Source: a bacterium | Lineage (GTDB): Bacteria; Zixibacteria; MSB-5A5; GN15; FEB-12 | NCBI GenBank assembly: GCA_024230675.1 | Contig: JAAERE010000194.1 | Span: 1 to 50,772 of the forward strand | DNA: 50,772 nt | Reading direction: 5' to 3' | Part shown: in pieces, positions 35,113 to 43,054 of the stretch | Layout: each line of letters begins with the position of its first letter | Position numbering within the stretch: position 1 is the first letter of the stretch | The notes under the pieces: model-generated | Told to the model about the DNA's origin: nothing | The model's database searches: none | The model's input: only the letters and a program-made list of their open reading frames with translations | Position numbers and translations under genes: made by a program

Positions 35113-36558
35113 ATGTCTGAGAGACCCGTCAAAGTACGCATTGCACCCTCGCCAACCGGTTATCTCCACGTTGGAACCGCCCGCGCGGCGCTATTTAACT
35201 ATCTATACGCCCGCCACAACGACGGCAAGTTCGTGCTCAGGCTGGAAGACACAGATGTCGCCCGGTCAAAACCGGAGTTTATCCAGCCCATTCTCGACGC
35301 CCTCAAATGGTTGGAACTGGACTGGGACGAGGAGATCGTTTTCCAGTCAAAACGTAGTGAACTGTACGCCGAGTACCTTGAACGATTCCTGAAGACCGAT
35401 CGCGCCTATCATTGCTTCTGTTCGCGTGAGGAGCTGGAGGCTGAGAGAAAACAGGCCCGTGCCGATAAACGGTCGATGAAATACAGCCGCAAATGCCTCT
35501 CTCTGAGCAAAGAAGAGATACAGGCGAAACTTGACGCCGGAGAGAAGCCGGTGGTCAGAGTGAAAATACCAGAAGGGGCAACCACCTACGAGGATATCGT
35601 TTCGGGCGAACTCACCCGCCAAAACGAGGAACTGGAGGATTTCATTGTTGCCCGTTCCGACGGTTCCGTGACCTACAACTTTGCCGTAGTCGTGGACGAT
35701 TACGACATGGGTATAAGCCATGTTATTCGCGGCAACGATCATATCACCAATACGTTCAAGCAGATTATTCTGTACAACGCCCTGGAGCTGGAGCTGCCGG
35801 TGTTCGGTCACGTTCCGATGATTCTTCGTCCTGACAAAAAGAAAGTCTCCAAGCGGCTTGGTGACAAAGATGTCGGTGAGTACCAGAACGAAGGCATTCT
35901 TCCCGAGGCGATGATCAACTATCTGTCGTTGCTGGGTTGGTCACCGAAAGTAGACAACGAAATATACTCCCGGCAGGAATTGATAGACCTGTTTGATACA
36001 TCGGGTCTGAACAACTCCAACGCCGTGTTCGACGATGAGAAGCTGCTGGCATTCAACTTCTCTCACATTCAGAAAAAGAGCGACCATGAGCTGGCCGTGC
36101 TGGCCGCGCCTCTGCTTGTCGACGCCGGGGTGACCACTAAGTACTGGTTGGAGACGCGCTGGGAGTTCCTTCGACAGGTTGTAGGCCTGCTCAGGGAGAG
36201 GCTGCACCGAATGTCGGATATCGTGACCCTCGGGGGATATTTTTTCGATTTCGACTATACTTACGATCCCAAGGCCGAAGCCAAACAGTTCCACGCCGAA
36301 GGCGCCCAGCTGCTGTCGGATTTGGCGGAGCGGTTCGAGGCGCTGGATCAGTTTACGCACGACAAGGTCGAGGCCGCCCTGTCCGAACTGGCCGAAGAGC
36401 GGGATATCAAGAAGGGCAAGATAATCCATCCAACGCGCCTGGCCGTGTCCGGCATGTCGATCGGCCCCGGTCTGTACGACCTGCTGGTAGTATTGGGACA
36501 GAGAACGGTTGTTGACAGGATGAAGAAAGCAGTAGAATATATACATCAGAGATCGTGA
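35113..36558 (+). CDS. gltX: glutamate-tRNA ligase
   Basis: Contains RIAPSPTGYLHVGTARAALFNY (HIGH region), the RLEDTD motif and the KMSKS variant KVSKR. Confidence 0.96.
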   Translation: MSERPVKVRIAPSPTGYLHVGTARAALFNYLYARHNDGKFVLRLEDTDVARSKPEFIQPILDALKWLELDWDEEIVFQSKRSELYAEYLERFLKTDRAYHCFCSREELEAERKQARADKRSMKYSRKCLSLSKEEIQAKLDAGEKPVVRVKIPEGATTYEDIVSGELTRQNEELEDFIVARSDGSVTYNFAVVVDDYDMGISHVIRGNDHITNTFKQIILYNALELELPVFGHVPMILRPDKKKVSKRLGDKDVGEYQNEGILPEAMINYLSLLGWSPKVDNEIYSRQELIDLFDTSGLNNSNAVFDDEKLLAFNFSHIQKKSDHELAVLAAPLLVDAGVTTKYWLETRWEFLRQVVGLLRERLHRMSDIVTLGGYFFDFDYTYDPKAEAKQFHAEGAQLLSDLAERFEALDQFTHDKVEAALSELAEERDIKKGKIIHPTRLAVSGMSIGPGLYDLLVVLGQRTVVDRMKKAVEYIHQRS

Positions 36559-36594
36559 ACTGCGGCATGGCAGTCGCGCTAGTGAGGTCAAAGC

Positions 36595-37095
36595 ATGTCC
36601 AAAACTAAAGAACAGATAGCCGCCACGCTGAAGACAGCCATTCGCGGCGAGGAAGACGGCTACAAATTCTACGATCTGGTTGCGAAAAAGGCCACCAATC
36701 CCGAAGCTAAACGCAAGCTCGAAGGTTTGCGGGACGACGAGATGCGCCACAAGGAGACCCTAAGAGCCTTCTACGCCAAGTATGTGGGCGGCGAAGTCGG
36801 CGAGCTGCCGGAAAAAGGGCTTTCGGTCCTTTCCGACGTCTTCCGCAAAGGCCACGTCCACGATCTCAAGAGCGAGATGGAGTTTCTAAACCTCGCTATC
36901 GAGGCCGAGTTGGCGGCGACCAAGTTCTATCAGGAAGAGCGCAATCTAATAGACGATGAAGAGTTCGGCAAAGTGCTGGACCAGCTTGCCGACGAAGAAC
37001 ACGGCCATTTTGAATTGCTTCAGGCGGAAAAAGACGCCCTGGGCGGCAATTACAACTGGTTCGGTTTCGATCACGGCACGCCCATGGAGCACTAG
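36595..37095 (+). CDS. ferritin-like diiron four-helix-bundle protein (rubrerythrin-type domain without the rubredoxin domain)
   Basis: Glu/ExxH ligand pattern: GEEDGYKFY, DDEMRHKE, EAELAATKFY, DEEHGHFE. Confidence 0.8.
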   Translation: MSKTKEQIAATLKTAIRGEEDGYKFYDLVAKKATNPEAKRKLEGLRDDEMRHKETLRAFYAKYVGGEVGELPEKGLSVLSDVFRKGHVHDLKSEMEFLNLAIEAELAATKFYQEERNLIDDEEFGKVLDQLADEEHGHFELLQAEKDALGGNYNWFGFDHGTPMEH

Positions 37096-37146
37096 ACGGG
37101 ACTTTTGTGAGTCGACCGGGAAGGCCCCATGGGCAGGAGGTGAGTC

Positions 37147-37293
37147 GTGCAATGGCTCTGCGAAATATGCGGATATGTTCACGACGGCGATGAACCGCCG
37201 GCCAACTGTCCGCTTTGCCGCGCTCCCCGAAGCCGTTTCGTGGAATACCATGAGGGAGGGGACAACGGTGACGGCGGTCGATCCGAAAAATGA
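37147..37293 (+). CDS. unannotated 48-aa rubredoxin-like zinc/iron-ribbon protein
   Basis: My own translation from the GTG at 37147 (SD AGGAGG 7 nt upstream) is VQWLCEICGYVHDGDEPPANCPLCRAPRSRFVEYHEGGDNGDGGRSEK, ending at TGA 37291..37293. The CxxC-X15-CxxC spacing matches the rubrerythrin C-terminal rubredoxin domain. It is below the ORF-track size cutoff. Confidence 0.7.
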   Translation: MQWLCEICGYVHDGDEPPANCPLCRAPRSRFVEYHEGGDNGDGGRSEK

Positions 37294-37317
37294 AAACCGG
37301 AAGGAGACCTCGGTAAT

Positions 37318-37797
37318 ATGAATTCCAACGGACTCAGAGCGGGCGACGACGCCCCCGATTTTACGCTGCCCACGCACAACGAGGGCGAACTGAACCTGGC
37401 CTGGTACGAGGGACGCAAGAACGTAATCCTGGCGTTTTACCCGGGCGATTTCACGCCGGTCTGCTCGGCCCAGATCCCCGGCTATCTCCCCCTGATGGAG
37501 GCGTTTGAAGAACACGATTGCCAGCTTTTTGGGGTTTCCGTGGATTCTGTCGCCTGTCACATCGCCTGGGCCAAGTCCCTGGGCGGTCTGTCGTTTCCTC
37601 TCATGTCCGATTTTTATCCCCACGGGGAAGTGGCCGCCAAGTACGGTGTCCTGGCTGAACGTGGCTATGCCGAGCGGGTCGTCTTTTTGATCGATAAGAA
37701 GGGCGTTATCCGTCTGGTGGATCGCGTCCCGCTGTCCGACACCCCGGACAACGAAACGCTGCTCAGGGCTATCGGAAACCTGGCCGCTGCCGAATAG
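37318..37797 (+). CDS. peroxiredoxin (AhpC/TSA-Bcp type)
   Basis: Contains ILAFYPGDFTPVCSAQ (peroxidatic Cys motif). 159 aa, with the SD AAGGAG upstream. Confidence 0.88.
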   Translation: MNSNGLRAGDDAPDFTLPTHNEGELNLAWYEGRKNVILAFYPGDFTPVCSAQIPGYLPLMEAFEEHDCQLFGVSVDSVACHIAWAKSLGGLSFPLMSDFYPHGEVAAKYGVLAERGYAERVVFLIDKKGVIRLVDRVPLSDTPDNETLLRAIGNLAAAE

Positions 37798-37894
37798 CAC
37801 CGCCTGACAACGCCCCTGCGGCATGGGGCGCCAAATCGCGCAGAATCTCGGGCAGGTGCGGGCACTTTTGTGTACATCCGCTGTTTAAGACTGG

Positions 37895-38959
37895 ATGAAT
37901 ATGAGCAACACAGAGTCAGCCTATAACCGCGAAGACGTTTTTGATATCACTTTCATTGGCGCCGGGCCGGTCGGTCTCTACGGTATGTACTATGCCGGCC
38001 TTAGAGTGACCCGGTTCAAGACGATTGACATGCTCGATGAGGTCGGCGGCGGTCTCATGGCGCTCTACCCTGAAAAGTACATTTACGATGTGGCCGGCTT
38101 TCCGAAGGTTATGGCCAAGGAACTCACGCGCATGCTCAGAGAGCAGGCCACCCAATATCCCCACATGTTTTGCCTGGGCGAGAAAGTTCTTGACCTCAAG
38201 CGACACGATGAAGGCCTTCTGCTTGTGACTACCGACAAGGGCGTCCACAAAAGCAAATCGGTCGTTATCTGTGCCGGGATGGGGGCGTATATACCCCGAC
38301 GCCTGGATATCCCCAACCTGCAGGAACTCGAAGGCGCCGGTGTTTTCTACAGCGTACGCCGACTCAACGATTTCCGCGACAAACAAATTCTCATTGTTGG
38401 CGGCGGCGACGCGGCGTTTGACTATGCCATGATGCTGGAACCGGTGGCCCGCGAGATAACGCATATCCACCGCAACGATTTCTTTTCGGCTCATGAGGAT
38501 TCAGTACAGAAGGTTCGCGAGTCCTCGGTAAGACTGAAAGTCCCTTTCTGGGAGCTAAAGCGCATTGAGGGTGAGGACTGGGTCAAGCGGGCGACTATCG
38601 TCCAGACCCAGACGGGAGAGGAAGAAGTCCTGGACGTTGATGCCATCATCCTCAATGTCGGCTTCCTCACCAACCTGGGACCGATCGAAAACTGGGGGTT
38701 GGAGCTCGAAAACAACGCTATTAAGGTCGATTCGCGTATGCGTACCAATATCGACGGCGTTTTCGCGGCCGGAGACATCGTGACCTACGAGGGCAAGCTA
38801 GACCTGATATCGACCGGTTGTGGCGAGGTGGCCGTTGCCGTCAACAACGCCAAGAATTTCATTGATCCGAAGGCGAAGGTTCGCCCCGGTCACTCCACTG
38901 ACAAGCACCTGGTGTCCAGGCGGAAAATGAAGCGTCTGGCGGAGAAAGAGAAGAAATAA
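37895..38959 (+). CDS. thioredoxin-reductase-like ferredoxin-NADP(+) reductase (YumC/Chlorobium FNR type)
   Basis: Contains DITFIGAGPVGLY..YAG, GGGLMALYPEKYIYDVAGFP, LIVGGGDAAFDYA and AAGDI. It has no CxxC redox pair. The C-terminal tail RRKMKRLAEKEKK is Lys-rich. Confidence 0.8.
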   Translation: MNMSNTESAYNREDVFDITFIGAGPVGLYGMYYAGLRVTRFKTIDMLDEVGGGLMALYPEKYIYDVAGFPKVMAKELTRMLREQATQYPHMFCLGEKVLDLKRHDEGLLLVTTDKGVHKSKSVVICAGMGAYIPRRLDIPNLQELEGAGVFYSVRRLNDFRDKQILIVGGGDAAFDYAMMLEPVAREITHIHRNDFFSAHEDSVQKVRESSVRLKVPFWELKRIEGEDWVKRATIVQTQTGEEEVLDVDAIILNVGFLTNLGPIENWGLELENNAIKVDSRMRTNIDGVFAAGDIVTYEGKLDLISTGCGEVAVAVNNAKNFIDPKAKVRPGHSTDKHLVSRRKMKRLAEKEKK

Positions 38960-38962
38960 AGA

Positions 38963-40042
38963 ATGTACTTTTCGCTGCCCACAGAGTACCGGGAGGCCGG
39001 AATCGAGGAGCTCAAAGAGCGTATCACTGCGGTGCGGGAACGACTCGGCTCCAGGCTCTGTATCCTTACGCATCACTATCAGCGCATGGAAGTAGTGGAG
39101 TTCGGCGATCGTGTCGGTGACAGCTACGCCCTCTCGAAAATTGCCGCCGGCCAGAAGGAAACCGAGACGATCGTATTCTGCGGCGTTCACTTCATGGCCG
39201 AGTCAGCTGAAATCCTGACGGCCGAGCACCAGAACGTCTTTCTGCCGAACCCGCTGGCCGGTTGCCCCATGGCCGACATGGCGGAAATGGCCGACGTCCT
39301 CGAAGCCTGGGAATTCCTCAAGCAGTTCGGTGGCGAAGATAAGATCATGCCGATCTCGTACATGAATACGGCGGCCGGTTTAAAGGCGTTCACGGGCAAG
39401 TACGGCGGCCTCATTTGTACTTCCTCTAACGCCGACGCTGCCCTGAAGTGGGCGTTCGACCGGCGTGAGAAGGCGTTCTTTTTCCCGGATGAGAATCTGG
39501 GGAGAAACACCGGCAAGAAAATGGGGTTGAAGCCTGATGAAATGGTTGTCTGGGATTTTTCGCTCGACAACGGCGGCCTGACCGATGAACAGATCGACCG
39601 CGCTCGCATAATTCTCTGGAAGGGGCACTGCCACGTCCACACGAATTTCACGGCTGAGCACGTCGACGAGGTGAGGCGCGAGCGGCCGGGTGTGAAGGTT
39701 GTTGTGCACCCGGAGTGTCCGGTGGAAGTAGTTGACCGGGCCGACGCCTCGGGTTCCACCAAGTTCATTGTTGAGTACTGTGAAAAAGCGCCGTCGGGGT
39801 CGGTTATTGCCATTGGCACCGAAATAAATCTGATCAACCGCATGGCGCATGAGCATCAGGATAAGACGATTATCGAGTTGTCCGGTAAGACCTGTCCGGT
39901 GTGTGCCAACATGTACCGGACAACGCTGAACGATCTGGCTCATTGTCTGGAGAACTACCCGGACCTCAAGCGGATCGAAGTCTCCGATTCCACTCGCCGA
40001 GACGCCCGTCTGGCGTTGGAGCGGATGCTCGAAGTCAGGTGA
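38963..40042 (+). CDS. nadA: quinolinate synthase
   Basis: Contains FCGVHFMAESAEIL, the HPECP motif and the Cys ligands of the 4Fe-4S cluster (CPMA, CPVCANM). Confidence 0.9.
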   Translation: MYFSLPTEYREAGIEELKERITAVRERLGSRLCILTHHYQRMEVVEFGDRVGDSYALSKIAAGQKETETIVFCGVHFMAESAEILTAEHQNVFLPNPLAGCPMADMAEMADVLEAWEFLKQFGGEDKIMPISYMNTAAGLKAFTGKYGGLICTSSNADAALKWAFDRREKAFFFPDENLGRNTGKKMGLKPDEMVVWDFSLDNGGLTDEQIDRARIILWKGHCHVHTNFTAEHVDEVRRERPGVKVVVHPECPVEVVDRADASGSTKFIVEYCEKAPSGSVIAIGTEINLINRMAHEHQDKTIIELSGKTCPVCANMYRTTLNDLAHCLENYPDLKRIEVSDSTRRDARLALERMLEVR

Positions 40043-40062
40043 AGATTGAGATCTCGTAAAGC

Positions 40063-40091
40063 TTGACTGTCGCGATCCACGTTGATATATT
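40063..40091 (+). promoter_or_regulatory. sigma70-type promoter candidate (AGCTTGACT-17-TATATT)
   Basis: TTGACT at 40063..40068, a 17-nt spacer, TATATT at 40086..40091. It lies about 50 nt upstream of the E2 start. Confidence 0.5.
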
Positions 40092-40142
40092 TCCAGCAAT
40101 TATGGGGAAGGGCTGCAAATCGCTCGAGAGAGGAAAGCGGGT

Positions 40143-41510
40143 ATGATACAGGATGTGCTGGTCCCACAAATGGGAGAATCGGTCCTTGAGGGGACTATTT
40201 TAGAATGGAAAGTCCAGGTTGGCGATAAAGTGGAGAACAATCAGCCGCTTGTCGAGCTGATGACCGATAAGGTCAACGTTGAGATTCCGGCGGAGACAGA
40301 TGGTGTCCTGACCGCCCAGTTCGCCAAGGAGGGCGATGTCGTCCCGGTCGGCACCCGCGTGGCCACGATTGACGATGGCAAGGCAGGGGAAGCTAAGGCT
40401 GCTGCTCCGGCCGCCAAAGAACCAGCCAAAGCAGCGCCGGCCAAAGCTCCGGCGACTTCTGCCCCGGCCCCGGCCGCCCCGGCGCCCGAGGTCAAAGGCA
40501 CCGCCGCCAGGGGTAAGGGGAAGATGTCCCCCAAGGTGCGAATGATGATTCGCGAGTATGGCTTGGACTCGGAAGCGATCACCCCGACCGGAAAGAAGGG
40601 TCTGGTCACGGTCGACGATGTGATGCGGACGATTGAAATGCGTTCGACAGCGGCCGGATTCACCGGCGGTCCGATTCCTTCGCCGGCCCTGGCTACGGCG
40701 CCGACCACGCCCGCCCCGGCATCTCCGGCGGCGGCCCCGGTGCCAGCCGCACCGGCAGCGCCAAAAGTTCAGGTCCAAATTCCGATATTCGAACCCCTGC
40801 CGGAATCACAGCGCGAGACCCGGCTGCCTCTGGCCGGCGCTCGAAAGATGATCGCCGAGCACATGGTGCACTCGGTTCACACTTCAACCCATGTGACCAC
40901 TTTCGAAGACATTGACTTGACCGAACTCGCGGCGTTTCGCAAAGAGATAAAAAAATCGTTTATCGAGACCTACGGTGCTAATATCACCTTTATGCCCTTT
41001 GTGGTCAAGGCGGCCTGTACGGCTCTAAAAGAGTTTCCGACGATCAACGCTTCGATGACCGAAAAAGAGATCATCGTCAAGAATTACTACAATATCGGTA
41101 TCGCCGTCGCCCGCGACGAGGGCCTGATCGTTCCGGTGATCAAAGATGCGGACAAGAAAACAATCGTCGAACTGGCGGTTGAGATCGCACAGCTTGGGGA
41201 GAAGGCCCGGACCAACCGGCTCATGCCGGACGACGTCTCCGGGGGGACTTTCACCCTGACCAACGCCGGCATGTTCGGCGCGACGGCTTCGACACCCATA
41301 ATCTCGCAACCGCAGGTGGCTATTCTCGGCATCCACGCGATCGCCAGGCGCCCGTGGGTGGTGGACGGTGAGATTGTGGTACGCGACATCTCCAGCTTTG
41401 GTATGTCCTTTGACCACAGGCTGATCGACGGTCACACTGCCGTGCAGTTCCTGCATCGGGTTCATGAATACCTGGCCGACACGCGGCGTCTGCTGCTCAA
41501 CCTGCGCTGA
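40143..41510 (+). CDS. 2-oxoacid dehydrogenase complex E2 (dihydrolipoyl acyltransferase)
   Basis: Lipoyl domain (VELMTDKVNVEIPA), Ala/Pro linkers, a peripheral-subunit-binding domain (SPKVRMMIREYGLD) and the catalytic domain motif SFDHRLIDG. Confidence 0.92.
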   Translation: MIQDVLVPQMGESVLEGTILEWKVQVGDKVENNQPLVELMTDKVNVEIPAETDGVLTAQFAKEGDVVPVGTRVATIDDGKAGEAKAAAPAAKEPAKAAPAKAPATSAPAPAAPAPEVKGTAARGKGKMSPKVRMMIREYGLDSEAITPTGKKGLVTVDDVMRTIEMRSTAAGFTGGPIPSPALATAPTTPAPASPAAAPVPAAPAAPKVQVQIPIFEPLPESQRETRLPLAGARKMIAEHMVHSVHTSTHVTTFEDIDLTELAAFRKEIKKSFIETYGANITFMPFVVKAACTALKEFPTINASMTEKEIIVKNYYNIGIAVARDEGLIVPVIKDADKKTIVELAVEIAQLGEKARTNRLMPDDVSGGTFTLTNAGMFGATASTPIISQPQVAILGIHAIARRPWVVDGEIVVRDISSFGMSFDHRLIDGHTAVQFLHRVHEYLADTRRLLLNLR

Positions 41511-41512
41511 TT

Positions 41513-42214
41513 ATGAGTTCGTCTGATGACAAAGCGTACGGCTGGCACCTGGGACTGGGCAAGGTCGAATACCAGCAGGTGCTGGGCTGGCAGCACGGCC
41601 TGCTGAAGATGCGCGAGCAGGGTTTTGCCAGGGACACAATAATTACAGTCGAGCACCCGCCGGTGATAACGGTTGGTCGGGACGGTCACGAAGAGAATTA
41701 CGCCGACCTCAAAACACCGCCGATCAAGATTGAGAGGGGCGGCGACGTCACCTGGCACGGGCCGGGGCAACTGGTCGCATATTTCATCTTCAACCTGACC
41801 CGGCGAGGCCGAGACCTACACCAGTTTATGGACAACATCCAGGACGGCATAATCGCCGTTCTGGGAGAGTACGACATCGCCGCCGACAAGGGAGGAGAGC
41901 ACAAAGGCGTCTGGACGGGGGGGAAGAAGATCGCCTCGGTGGGCGTCGCCGTAAAAAAATGGATGTCTTTCCACGGCGCCGCGATTAACCTCAATACCGA
42001 CCTGTCGGAATTCGATCAGATTCAGCCCTGCGGTCTGGATGCGACGGTGATGACCTCTGCAAGAAAAATATTGAGTAAGAAGGTGAATCTTCTTACCTTT
42101 GGCCGGCAGTTGGTCGACCATTACAGCCGCATCTTCGAAACCACATTCGCACCGGTTGATCTGGAAAGTCTGGCCGAGGACGTTGAAAGCCAGGCCGGCG
42201 GCTACGAGATTTGA
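41513..42214 (+). CDS. lipB: lipoyl(octanoyl) transferase
   Basis: Contains VEHPPVITVGR, RGGDVTWHGPGQLVAY, KKIASVGV and PCGL. It starts 2 nt after the E2 stop. Confidence 0.92.
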   Translation: MSSSDDKAYGWHLGLGKVEYQQVLGWQHGLLKMREQGFARDTIITVEHPPVITVGRDGHEENYADLKTPPIKIERGGDVTWHGPGQLVAYFIFNLTRRGRDLHQFMDNIQDGIIAVLGEYDIAADKGGEHKGVWTGGKKIASVGVAVKKWMSFHGAAINLNTDLSEFDQIQPCGLDATVMTSARKILSKKVNLLTFGRQLVDHYSRIFETTFAPVDLESLAEDVESQAGGYEI

Positions 42215-42257
42215 CATCCCAGGGGCCGTAGAGCCCCGCTTTCACAGGAGATAAGAA

Positions 42258-43004
42258 ATGGAGCTTGAAGGGAAAGTAGCGTTTGTGTCCGGCGGCACCC
42301 GGGGAATCGGGTTTGCCGTCGCCGAGAGGCTCGCCAGGCAAGGAGCCAACGTCGTGTTGAACTATTTCCGGAGCCGTCAGTCGGCCGACGAAGCGGTGGA
42401 AAAGATCAAGAGCTACGGCGTGGAGTCGTTTGCCCATCGGGCCAACATGGGCAACCACGCGCAAATCCCGGCCATTTTTGAAGCCATCACCAAGCGCTTC
42501 GGCAAACTGGACATCCTGATCTCCAACGCCGCCCTGGGGCTGTATACGGACCTTCTTGATATCGACGACAAGGCTTGGGATCTCTCTATGCACACCAACG
42601 CCCGGGCGTTTCTGCATTGCCTCCAACTGGGCTCCAAAATTATGCCCGACCACGGCCGCATTGTAACGCTTTCGTCGCTGGGTTCCATTCGGTATATTCC
42701 GGGCTATTCAGCGATTGGTGTATCCAAAGCGGCGCTGGAGAACATCGTGCGCTATGCGGCTATTGAAATGGCCTCGCGCCAGATTACGGTCAACGCCGTG
42801 TCCGGCGGGTTTATCGATACGCGGGCGTTGTCGGTGTTTCCCAATTTCGAGAAGATGAAGCGGGAAGTTTCCGAGCGAACGCCGTTCAAGCGTATTGGCA
42901 AGCCTGAGGAAATCGCGGACGTGGTCGTTTTTCTGGCCGGTCCGAAAGCCAGTTGGATCACCGGTCAGACGGTTATTGTCGACGGCGGCTACTCTCTAAT
43001 GTAG
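42258..43004 (+). CDS. short-chain dehydrogenase/reductase, FabL-like enoyl-ACP reductase candidate
   Basis: Contains VSGGTRGIGFAVAERLA, NAA, and the S..Y...K catalytic pattern (SSLGS..YIPGYSAIGVSKAA). The overall layout resembles FabL. Confidence 0.7.
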   Translation: MELEGKVAFVSGGTRGIGFAVAERLARQGANVVLNYFRSRQSADEAVEKIKSYGVESFAHRANMGNHAQIPAIFEAITKRFGKLDILISNAALGLYTDLLDIDDKAWDLSMHTNARAFLHCLQLGSKIMPDHGRIVTLSSLGSIRYIPGYSAIGVSKAALENIVRYAAIEMASRQITVNAVSGGFIDTRALSVFPNFEKMKREVSERTPFKRIGKPEEIADVVVFLAGPKASWITGQTVIVDGGYSLM

Positions 43005-43054
43005 TCAGGCTGCTATAGCCGCCGGTTCGACGTTGCATCAGAGGGGAACGACTG

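Noticed and set aside
37093-37147. The ferritin-like ORF and the rubredoxin-like ORF might be a single gene broken by a sequencing error (pseudogene or frameshift).
   Set aside because: They are in the same frame but separated by three in-frame stop codons, and a canonical AGGAGG SD sits before the second ORF. A genuine two-gene arrangement is more parsimonious, although read-level confirmation is advisable.
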